A DNA stretch of 63,990 bases, filler included, from Jimgerdemannia flammicorona (lineage: Eukaryota): NCBI GenBank assembly GCA_003990765.1. It is 3 parts of 3 records of this genome, joined end to end, with 100 filler letters (N's around TTAATTAATTAA, not from the genome) between each part and the next. Parts side by side here need not be neighbours in the genome. Positions count along the whole stretch, not along the records: positions 1 to 21,335 come from RBNJ01001478.1; 2 more parts are not named here. One strand, 5' to 3'. Every line of letters begins with the position of its first letter. Positions within the stretch are counted from its first letter, which is position 1. Made by a program: the position numbers and the translations under genes. The notes below the pieces were generated by a model. That model searched no databases, had not been told where the DNA came from, and was given only the letters and a program-made list of their open reading frames with translations. Of this stretch, positions 1 to 11,253 are shown piece after piece.

Positions 1-284
1 CCCCTGCATTACCAACAAGCCCTGAGAAGTAACATACATAACTCTCTCTCTCCCTATATGTGGACTGTTATAAGCCCATTATGCACTGGCATGGCCTTTG
101 AGATTTCTCTGTTATCCTTGCATGGACATAGTGTATAATTATCCCATTTTCTACAATTGAATAATGGTTCCACAGTTTTATAAAGAACTACATTCTATCA
201 TCAACCTTTCTCTGCTACAATTTATGTTATACACACTTTTACAACACACTTTCAAGTTGTTTATTGGAGAAAGGTATTAAGGCA

Positions 285-2320
285 ATGTCAACCAGCAAGT
301 GAGCTGACACATATACTAGGTTGGACAGACCTGGGGCCTTTGACTGGCAATATGTTGGGAGAGGGTATGGGTTTGGGATGAGATTCTTCAGTGGCTCAAG
401 TGGGCAGAGCAGCTTGGGCAGTAGAGGTGGCACTGGTGGGGGGGCTGGAGGGCAGCAGGGAAGGAGCTTTGCAGACATGTTGAGGACTGGAGGTTGGCTG
501 ATAGGAGCTCACAGTGGTCCAACAGGAGGGAAGGGGAAGCAGAAGATTGGAGATACTGGGGGTGCTGGACTTTTACCAGTGGGAGGTAGAGGAAGTGGAG
601 TAGCTGCTGGGGGATAGTGGTGGGACTGCTGATGGTAGCATGACTGAGAATCTGGAAAAAAATCCAGATGTGACTACTGATGATAGGGCTGGACAGATGG
701 GCCCAAAGTAGAAGGGGGACCTGTCTGATAGTGTGATGGGGCTGGCAGTGGCACTATTACTCAAGAAGTCGATTTCAGAGTTTGCAGCTACCTCGTGCTT
801 CCAGGGTTTAGTGGTGACTGCAAGGATGGTTCTGGAGCTTATCTCATAGCAGGTGGCTGGGGCAGCTTTGATGAAGTTTCTGAAGGGGCTGGAGGGGGTT
901 GAGGTGGGCTTTGAGAAGGTGGGCCCACTGGATGAGGTGCTGAAGACTAGAGTGGTGGTTGGGGAAATAGTGGTTCCTATGATATGATGCCTTTGGTGAG
1001 ACTCCAGGGTAGTATAGTTGCTGGTGAAGGGGGTGCCTACAGTGATGAAGGTTGAGACTAGGAGGAGGGTAGAGGAGGTGATAGTGGAGTATGGTGACAT
1101 AGTGAATATTGGCTTCCAGGTATGGGAGGGGACTACAATTAGAATAGGAGATGTAGATATCAGGATTCGACTGACAGGGAGAGAGGCCACAGAGAAGGTG
1201 AGTGACTGGCCCTTGGTATTGATGTGGGGGGCATTTGTTGGCAAGGTGTCAAGAGTGAAGGAGAGTAAAGAGAAGGAGGAGAATTTGTTGGAAGTATTAG
1301 AGGAGTTGAGTGGTGTAGTTAAATGGAGAGTGAAGGCCTGGAAGCTCTATGAGAAGTTGACACACCTGGAGATTATTGATAGGAAGTATGTTCACACTGA
1401 TAAGTAGCAGTGGGAGAGAGCTCAAGGGTGCAAGAGGCAGCAGGAGCTGCTGGTGAGCATGAAAGGAGGGGCGAAGATAGAGGTTGAGGGCACTGAGAAG
1501 CCTGAGGGCATAGAGGGGAGTGTCTGGGCTGGCAAGAGTGGGGGTATTGGAGAGGAGGGCCTGGGAGAAGCTGAGAAGGTGCCACATAAGGACCTGTTCA
1601 CTGATGGCATATTTGAAGTATGGGACCCAGTTGTGGAGGACACTCCCTCTCTGATCAGGCAGAGTCTGGCTGTAAGGGGTCAGGGAGTGGAGGATGTATT
1701 GATGAAGGGTGCTTAGAGGGTTCACTTTGGAGTTTCTGATGTGGTGAAAGGTGGCTGAGTGGTGGCTATAAGTAAGGTAGCTGGCGAGGATGAGCTGGTG
1801 GATATCCTAGAGGAGAGATGGGATGAGACTGCCAGTGTAGGGGCAGACATCATGATGCTTGATGCCAGAAGGCTGAGGACACCAGGAGGAAAGAAGGTGG
1901 GGAACCTACTGTGGATGAGCAAGGTGATAGATAATCTTGTAGCCAAGGAGTTGGGGAAAGTGGACCTGTGTGTGATGTCAGAGGAGTATTGGGCATAGAT
2001 CCTATATAGAGATAGGATAGTAGAGGCAGATTCTTGCAATTTTCCTGGAGAAGGAGGGATATGAGGTTGATAAGGCAAGAGAGGCTGAGCTAGTGGTTGT
2101 TGCTGGTGAGTGAGCTGCCTACTGTTGGGCTGAGTGGTATGGATTGCAACTCTGGTAGAAGACATGCCTGGAGTATCATGAAGACTTCAAGGAAAAGGAG
2201 GATGGGGCACTGGCTGAACTTCTGGTAGGGCTGGAGGCCCAGGCAACTGAAGAGAAAGTGCTGGCTACAGAACATGATTTGGACTTGGCACAGGAGAAGT
2301 TATATGCAGATTTGTAGAGG
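285..2320 (+). pseudogene. LINE ORF1 relic
   Basis: AFDWQYVGRG, NPDV and EYGDIVNIGFQVWEGT motifs also present in LINE copies 2 and 3; many stop codons. Confidence 0.75.
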
Positions 2321-2348
2321 ATGTGATTGATCAATAATATTATTCCTT

Positions 2349-4134
2349 ATAAACAGTATAACTAATATTTTCTCTCTAAATATGAATGGGTTAAGGGGAT
2401 CTGGGTAGTATAGAAACAATTTTACTTAGCTTAAAGGATTGGAGGCTGATCTCATTTTACTGCAGGATGTGCAGTATGAGGATGAGGATGATCAAGAGGA
2501 GTGGACTAGAGAATGGGGAGGAGAAGCTGCTTGATTTGGTAAGATAGTGATTCTAGTGAAGAAGGGTAGAGGAGACTTGGGCAGAGTCAATAGCTAGGGA
2601 GGCCAGTTGGTCTGGAGAGATTGGCAGCAGCCAGGGTGAGAGCTGGTGAGAGTTGGCTCCTACTATTGCCCTGCAGTTAGAAGTGAGAGGGTTGCATGGA
2701 TTAGGGACCTGCTGGAGGAGGGTATTCTCTTGGAGAAAGGAGTAGATGTTCTGGGTGGTAATTTTAATATGGTTCAGGATCCACAATTGGATAGGACAGA
2801 TGAAGGGAGTAACATAGGTGGGAGGAGTGGTGGGCTAGATGTATGAGAGGAGGTGGAAAATCTTAGCTCTTTAGAGAATAAGGGCCAAATGTGCTGGGGT
2901 GATAAGAGGGTCTATACACATTGGGTGAATGGCTTGGGTATGAGGATTGACTGGATTCTGATGGTCAAATGCTGGGGAGTTGATATTTGGAAGTCTTTGG
3001 AAGAGGAGTAGTGCCTATGGTCTGATCACTGGGAGCTATTAGGGCAGGAGCAGTTTGGGGGGAGTGGAGATGGACCTGGACATTGGTACCTTAACTCCTC
3101 TCTACTGGCTGAGAAGGAGTTATAGAACTCATGGATAGAGGACATCTAGGTGAAGATTCATATTTAGAGGCATGAAAGTTTATCAGTGAGTATTTATTAG
3201 ATGAGATTGAAGGAGGTGACAAGGGTTTATTGGAGAGGAGCTGGTAGAGAGGCTGAGAGACAGCAAAGGAAGCATATAAGGTATGCTTTGAATAGGCTAA
3301 AGAGATTGCAGATGGAATGGGTTGATTTGCTTTCTTCTGAAGAGGTGGAGGATTGGAGGTTAGAGCAGGCAAAATTGAAGATGGTAGAGCTGCAATAGGT
3401 TTTGAGAGAGGAGAAGGAGATTCATTTCAAGAGAATGGCTGTCAGGCTAAGGTGGCAGGGGCTTGAAGAGGGAGAGCAGCCTACTAGGTATTTGTTTAGG
3501 CTCCTCAAAGCTAGGAGGGTAGGCATTGGTGGGATGGAGTCCTTAATGCTAAGAGAGATATGGTGTATAGCACACAACAGATCTTGGGGGTTTTGAAGAG
3601 ATGGTGGGGTTTGTGGAGTAAAGAGGAAGGGGGTACTGATGAGGAGGCAATTGGAGACTTGCTGGAGGAGTGGGAGCCACCACAGGTAGAAGAGCTGGGT
3701 GACTTGATCTTACTGATCAAAGAAGAGGAGATCTGGAGAGTTCTTGCAGCGACTAAGCTTGGGACAGTGCTAGGGGAGAATGGGTTACCTTGGGACTTCT
3801 GGAAGAGGATGGTGAAAGTCCCTGAAGTATTAGGTGAAACAACTGCCCTCTGTGACCACATTCTTATGAATAGCAAGTGGGTTGGAGAGCAAGACTTGAG
3901 ACTGGTGGCCTTATTGTACAAAGACAAGGGGAGAAGGGAGGACTGGAAGAACTAGAGGCTGATTATGCTTCTAGATATAGACAGGAAGATAGTGACTAAG
4001 GTGATTATTGCGAGGCTACAGAAGGTTGCCCAGCAGGTGCTGGGTGAGGAGCAGCAGGGCTTTGTAGGAGACAGGCTTATCAGAGACAGGACTGTCTAGG
4101 TGCATGGCATTATTGAAGAGGCTCAGGCTTGTAG
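2349..4134 (+). pseudogene. LINE ORF2 N-terminal half (APE endonuclease and start of RT)
   Basis: IFSLNMNGL, LLQDV, GGNFN, RIDWIL, SDH (APE); LGENGLPWDFW and KN*RLIMLLDIDRKI (RT). Confidence 0.88.
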
Positions 4135-6228
4135 TATAAGTACATAACCTCCAAGCTATCAAAATCATATGTCACCCTCTGAACAAGCCACCAAAATCAC
4201 ATGCAACCTCTGAACAAATCTGGAAATCACCTGCTTAGTCATGAAGCTGAGTTAAACCAAAGTCACAGTACACAAAGCTGAGTCAAACCAAAGTCACAGT
4301 ATATAAGCTGAGTCAACATAAAGTTACAGAATACAAGATTCATACAAATATAATCTTACCAATCAGGACTAAATACATATATACCAAGCACCAAGATGTG
4401 ACAAAATAAAGAACCAAAACAAACAACAACCACAACTTCTGAACATATACAAACATGACCACTAAGATCTACAACCACATCCATACTAACATTTGGAATG
4501 CCATTATCAACCAAGCTACACCCCCTCTGTCCCTCATGAATATCCATAGTCTAGCACTTCTCTACTTTGTGGAAGCCCAATAGAATGCCCTGAATATGCT
4601 TAGCAAGGCCTACTGAATTAGACAAATCTCAAGCTACTACCAGATCAGCCATCTCCTGGAAGATATGGTCGAACACCACCATAACACAGACATTACCCAG
4701 ATGTCTCAACATCAGAAACTCATTGCCTGTAAATACTGAGAACTCTTCTATGAGTATAGCACCTTTATTCCCCATCTCCGAGTTATTATTACTGAAATGG
4801 TTACTACTCTGTCCTATGGTCAAATCAATGACATGATACAAAAACTCAACTACAAGTACCTCAAGTATATCCAGACTACAGACAGAACCTTTCCACACCC
4901 TAATGACCATATCCTGCAAATACCTCAAGTTGGATATACTATGAAGGATGTCTATGATATAATCTGGTTCAACAAAGATAAAGCAGAAGACAATGATCCC
5001 TCTGATACTGACATGACCTCTAGTCAAGAATCTCTGCCAACTCTGATCACTCTGCCAACCTTGTCAATAAACTTACAACAGTTTATAACCACCTACGAGA
5101 CCTATTGGGACAATAACCACTGGCACGAATACCAACCTACATTTACCCCCGATTACTTCAACTACAATGAAGAGACCAGGGAACACAACCTATACCTCCA
5201 GACAACTCTCAAGATCAAACCAACCACTCCACCACCTGAGTATGAGCAATATGAACTATAGTCGCCAGCTTACTACAACCCTGTGACTCATAGTACTGTA
5301 ATCTATAGAAGATATGCAGATAGTGAATCCAATGAAAGTGAAGATGATGCACCCCTCCTTCACCCACCAATGCCTTATCCAGCATATAAGACAGATGATG
5401 CTATCCTGTAGGACGGTAATGAAGTCTCAATATATTATTACCTTAGCAAACAAGGAGAAGTAATCCACAAACTACTCTTCCTAGATGACTACTTTATCAG
5501 AGATGATGTCATTGATAGTGATGTTATTATAGACTACCCAGATAGTATCTAAACCTATAAATAGCTTAGCAGTCATAGTATAGTTAGATTAGTCTTATAC
5601 AACATAACTGTGAACTAACTCAGCAGTCAGACAATCTCTTGATATGTCAGATCACACTTATACTATGTGACTGCATTCTGACTCAGCAAGGCACTAAGTG
5701 CTATATCCATATTCAGCATAGTCCAGATAGCCCCTCACTAGTATAAATACTCCCTCCTCCAGACCTCAGAATCTCAGATCCAGACACCTAAGAACACTTC
5801 TGAATACTTCCCCACAATATCCCTTTACATAACTACTCCTAGTATAGCAATATTATGAATAGTGAATAAACCTATTTAATAACCCACAAATCACTTTTAA
5901 GTAAATCTGCTCTCCATTAGGTCCCACCCCTAACCCTATTACAAAATTTCCTAATTGGGTATTGTCTGCAGCAATACACCAATTCAACTAAGCTGGTCTT
6001 AGTTTCTTGAACTTCCTGAAATATGGAAAATCCTGAACATCCAGAACTAGTCTGAAAAAGGACTTTGGTTAAGACATCAACCTGATCTTGAAATCAATAA
6101 GCATAGAGGATATACTCTATATAAAATTGATCTTGACCTTAAGAAAATGGTCTTCCAGAATATCCAGAACTTCCAGAAAACCCTTTCAGAACTATGTAAT
6201 GGTTACTCTAAAAAGCAACCCTCTTACA
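4135..6228 (+). repeat. 5' LTR of family A
   Basis: Colinear with 18542-20635. Starts TA (TG in the other copy), ends CTTACA; TATAAATA ~5742, AATAAA ~5865; three ~29-bp tandem units at ~4225-4330. Confidence 0.95.
4455..5552 (+). pseudogene. LTR-encoded accessory ORF (~365 codons), family A 5' LTR
   Basis: One frame MTTKIYNHIH...YYQISHLL...IACKY*ELFYEYSTFIPHLRV...acidic tail; interrupted only by stops explicable as transitions. Confidence 0.75.
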
Positions 6229-6231
6229 ACT

Positions 6232-6243
6232 TGGTAGCAGTAG
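6232..6243 (+). promoter_or_regulatory. Primer binding site (tRNA-iMet-like)
   Basis: TGGTAGCAGTAG three bases after the LTR end. Confidence 0.75.
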
Positions 6244-6249
6244 TTTACA

Positions 6250-7170
6250 ATCTAATTCTGTTTCAAGATGCTTCCTTACCCCACTACAAACCCCTCTGAG
6301 AATTCCTATAAGTTGGTATAAAGCCCAACCTCTGAACTGGAATTTATCCTGAACCATCTGACAATCTGGAGAGAATTGAACCTGACATAAGAACAATTTG
6401 ACCTCTACATCTGCAACAAGTGGGACAAACTTTACTCAAAGAAAGAAGTACTCCAATTAAATCAACAGATAGGTGAAACCCTATTCACTGAACTCCTTGC
6501 TCTACACCCAGCAAGTCAAGATAAAGAAGGTCTTATAGAAGCCTTCTTTACTCTTCTCAATAAGAGTTTTATCAGCTCTACAAATCTGAGCAACCTAGGA
6601 CAACTATCAGCAGTCTTTCTAGCCTTAGTCTCTTATGAAGCCCAAGCCTCTGTAGCCAAGTGACTCAACTCTACCAACTTTCACTGCACCAGGACCAAGA
6701 CTGTGTTATACTACCAATTCCAGAACAATAAGGCCTGCCATATTCTTAAAGAAGAAGCAAGAGAAACCCTTCATCAACTACCTGACCCTGAACCAGAAGC
6801 AGGCCCAGCTACAGCTCTACCTGAACCAGAAACCAATACTGAACCAGAACTTGACTTTGAATTAAGTCCATCTGAAATCAGATATACAACTGATTCTGTC
6901 TACTTTGACACTGAGCAGACCCAACTATATAAGGACCAAACTGAAGAGAAGGAGGAGTATCTTAGTGAATTCGATCCCAGATATACCACTAAAGGAGACA
7001 TACCTTCATCAGGAGAAAATACACTAACACAGCAACAGACAGCTATCTATCAAGCTCTTACTCCAGATCCACAACTATTACTCCAGTAACTTATACAGAC
7101 TCAAAGAACTCTATCATACTCTGTACCAGTACCTCAAGTAGTACCAATAACACTACTACCAGTAGTCTAA
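6250..7170 (+). pseudogene. Extra ORF upstream of gag, or long gag N-terminal extension
   Basis: ~300-codon frame (ELEFILNHLTIWRELNLT*EQFDLYICNKWDKLYS...PEPEAGPATALPEPE) broken only by isolated TAA/TGA. Confidence 0.55.
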
Positions 7171-7179
7171 CCACCCTAG

Positions 7180-8200
7180 TAAACAATATAACAAGCCAAC
7201 ATATTCTAGATCTCACAGCCCAGATAACCATAATGGCAACAACTATTACTGCCTTAGCTGAACAGATCTGATCTACCAAAAATCTGAGCCTACTTACCTT
7301 CAATGGTACTGCATAAGAAGTCCAAAGCTTCATTAGTATAGTTGATACTAACTTTGAAGCCAATCAATGGACCAATGAGTGAGTTGCTGACCACCTTCTG
7401 ACAAACAACCAAGACCACACTCTGGAACAACTCTTTGCTACCACTACAGCCTATGTCTGCCAAGTTATTACATTCTTCTGAGAACTTGCTGAAGAATGGT
7501 AGTGAACCCTTCCTGAAAAACCCCTCACATGAAATACCTAACCTGCAGTAGTTGCCCAAAATGCAGCAAACAATGCCCCAGAATATGAAGCCCATCCTGT
7601 AGCCCCTGGACTAAAACAACTTATGATTGCTCAATATCACAGTGAAATCATGATTGCCAAATCTTGAGTAAAACTCTGCAATCTCAAATTTGATATATAT
7701 GGCAAAGAAGAATTTTTGAAACCTTCTATACAAAACTTGAGTCACTTCTGAACACTGTTGGTCTAAGATACATTGCCAATGATGAAGCATGAAATAGTAC
7801 AAGAGCAGACTATCTATTTGATACACTACCTGAGTGGCTTACCAGAAAAATCCAAGAACAAGGCCACCCAGTTAGTTGTGACTACCAACAATGGTGCCTA
7901 GCAAGAATCAAGACCATGGTCAAGCGAATTCTAACAGCTGGACCAATTCTGCCCCAAAGACAATTTAACAATAAAGAAAAGACTTAGACTAAGAAAGAAG
8001 AACCCAAGTATGAAGCATCCTGAACTCCCTCAATATTCACCTCATGGACACCCAGAAATCATGAATCCACCCAGCCAAGTATTTTCAAGAAACTCACTGA
8101 AGGAGAAAGGAATGAACTTCAAAGAAGTGGAGCATGCTTCTATTGCTGAAAAACAGGACATATGGCCAGTGTCTGCCCCAACCAAAAACCCTGAACAGCA
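7180..8200 (+). pseudogene. gag: gag, family A
   Basis: LLTFNGTA*EVQSFI capsid-like start; CCHC knuckle CFYC*KTGHMASVC at ~8134-8175. Confidence 0.8.
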
Positions 8201-8254
8201 ATATAAGCAACTGTTACTACTCTGCACTACCTCAATAACCTGACTACCAGAATA

Positions 8255-8665
8255 CTAGATTTTGTCAAGTTAAGACAAACTGCTAAAGCCCCAACCAAAG
8301 AAAGTCAAAAGGCAGCTAGATATAACCTGTATACAGCTGAAGAAGCTACAGTTTCTAACTGAGAAGTCAAGCAAGTCTAACAGGAATCAACATACAAATC
8401 TCTGAAGGACATATTGGAAGAATATGCTGTTACAGCAGCCTAATATTGAAGAGACTCTCAGTAGAAGGAGGAGTCATTGACAAAGATTATACAAGCAAAA
8501 TTATTGTCCTCATCCAAAACCATAGTTGGACACCCTTCAAGATCCCCATAGGTTTCTGCATTACCCAGATCCTATTTGAAAAAATTGAGTCAACTCTGAC
8601 AGTCAAAGAAGTCCCTGAACTACTACCCACCATCCAAGGATCTAAAGGATTTGGCTCATCAAACA
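8255..8665 (+). pseudogene. dUTPase domain, family A
   Basis: AARYNL, TGINI, SSL, GGVIDKDY, ITQI, QGSKGFGSS motifs. Confidence 0.9.
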
Positions 8666-8879
8666 AGGCCCCAGCCCAACCTATGATGAGCAAAGAAGAA
8701 CAATTCTACAAGAAAATTGAAGATAGATATGTACCAAGTGGCTGATACCCCCATGGTATTAGAATGTACTCATCCCGAATAATTGATGATTACTTCTCTT
8801 ATGTCAATAAATTGACTAAAAGAAGAACCAACAGAAGGAAAGCTCCTATAACTGAAATCACCACCATTGGATCAGATAA

Positions 8880-11253
8880 ACTGCTTACACTCCAAGCTTT
8901 TGTTAACTGAGCACCTGTCAAGATTATGATAGACAGCAGTGCCTCAGGCAACTTCATCAATGAAGAAACAGTCAACAGACTCAAGGTCTTCACCTCTTCA
9001 GTACAACAAACCCAAGCAGTTGCTACAGCTAATGGAATCTCACATATTATTAGCAAGGAAGTCTGTAATTTACTCTTCTGAATTAGTGACTACTGAGTAC
9101 ATGTTACCCTCTAAATTGTACCACTTCCTGACAATGAGATCATTCTTGGAACCCCATGGTTGAAACAAGAGAACCATATGATTGATTGGGTAAACCATTC
9201 TCTGACCATCAAAAAAGGATACCACAACTTCAAACTGTAAGGTAAAAAGGACCCACTCAACTCTAGTGACCCTGGACTAAAGATCACCTATATCAACAAA
9301 CTATAACTCAAGAAATTGGCCAAGAAATGTCCTCTCTTTGCCATCTCCATCCACTTATCCAAAGGAGAACCTGAGAACTCTGAAGAAGACTTTTCCAAAG
9401 TTGACAGCCATGTCAGACCCCTACTCTAGAAATTTCGAGATACATTCCCAAAGAAACTTCCAAAAGGTCTACCTCCTAAATAAGCAGTAGACTATGCCAT
9501 CAAGACTATTCCAGATACCAAGCCAGCCTTCAAGTCAATCTACTACATATCACCAAGAGAAATTAATATACTCAAAAATGAAATCAATGAACTCCTAGAA
9601 TAAGGATTCATCAGACCCAGTGTATCACTCTATGGTGCATCCATCCTCTTTGTTGTCAAGAAAGGAGGAGACTTGCAAATGTATATTGATTACTGTGATC
9701 TTAATGAACAGACCATTAAGAACTATTGCCCACTACTCAGAATTGATGAAATATTTGATAGGCTTACCAACCCACAATTCATGAGCTCTTTTGACCTGTG
9801 AAATAGCTATTGACAAATTGCCATGAAAGAGGAAGACATCTATAAGACAGCCTTCTAAACTCGCTATAGACATTTCAAATTTCTGGTTATACCCTTTGGC
9901 TTAACTAATGTCCTAGCAACCTTCCAGACCCTGATGAACACTATCCTATACTCATATCTGGACAAATTCATTGTTATCTACATTGATGACATCCTAGTCT
10001 TTAGCAAAACTCTAGAGGAATATCTTGAATACCTTGAGCTAGTACTACTGAAACTCTGAGAAAACTGACTCTTTGCAAAACTCAGCAAGTGTGAATTTCT
10101 TCTAAAGGAAATTTAATTCCTTGGACATATTGTTATACTCAATGGAATCAAAGTGGACCCCAGCAAAATCCCTGCAATCAAGGATTGGCCCAGACTCAAG
10201 AAGCTGAAGGACCTCCAGTCATTCCTGAGATTAGCAAATTATTACAGACAATTTGTTGCCAACTTTGCCAAAATTGCTACTACCCTTACCCAAATGACCA
10301 AGCACAGTAAGAAAGAAGAACAACTCTGGACCATGAAACAAGAAAAAGACTTCAACAATCTTGCAAATTGGGGACCCAAACAAGATACAGCCTTTTAAGC
10401 ACTGAAGGATGTATTGATAACCACTCTAGTACTTCAAGCAGCAAACTCTACCCTACTATATGAAGTTACTACTGATGCCTCTGACCTAGCCCTTGGAGCA
10501 GTACTTATGCAAGAAGGACACCCTGTGGCCTACCACTCTCGGAAGTTCAATGATACTGAAATCAACTATGCAACTCATGAAAAGGAAATGTTAGCCATTG
10601 TAGACACTCTGATCAAATGGCAATCATATCTAGAAGGAGTACACTTCACTGTATTGACTGACTACAAGTTATTAGTTAATATCAAGACTCAGGCTACCCT
10701 TTCTCAAAAGCAAGCCAGATGGATGAAAGTTCTCACCAACTTTGATTATGAAATCCAGTATCACTCTGATAAGGAAAATATTATTGCTGATATAATCTCC
10801 AGACCACAAATCAAAGAAGTTATCCAAACCCTCACCTTGATTACAAACTCTATTATAGAACAAATTATCACAGCATGCGCTGATGATAAAGAAGCTCAAG
10901 TACTCCAAGAAATTTTGAAATATAATGATGCTGACAAGTATATCTGGTACAACCAATATCAACTCAAGGATAATATAATCTACCATAAGGACAGATTATA
11001 TGTTCCAAACAACTGAGACCTCTAAAGAACTATTCTATTTGAATGTTATGATGCCCCTACTACTGGATATTTAGGATTTGACAAATGCTATGAAGTTATC
11101 TCCTAAAACTTCTATTGGCCCCATATGGCAGATTAGCTCAAGATCTATATCACTTCTTGTGATGCCTGCCAATGGAACAAGTCCTCAACCTTAGTAAAAC
11201 CTAGTCTATTCCACCCTATCCCAGTACCATCTGCTAATTGGAAACAAATCTCT
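8880..11253 (+). pseudogene. pol: pol family A: aspartic protease, RT, RNase H, integrase zinc finger
   Basis: IMIDSSASGNFI; PFGLTN, YIDDILVFS; TTDASDLALGAVL, HEKEMLAIV; CDACQ. Confidence 0.92.

Larger units (their letters stand above)
200..4134 (+). mobile_element. L1/Tx1-like non-LTR retrotransposon (LINE copy 1), 5' part; degenerate, interrupted by LTR element A
   Basis: ORF1-like region, then ORF2 with APE and RT motifs. The RT frame (..GIIEEAQAC|) resumes at 20636 (|GLDGRLVFLDQEK). 5' boundary is approximate. Confidence 0.9.
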
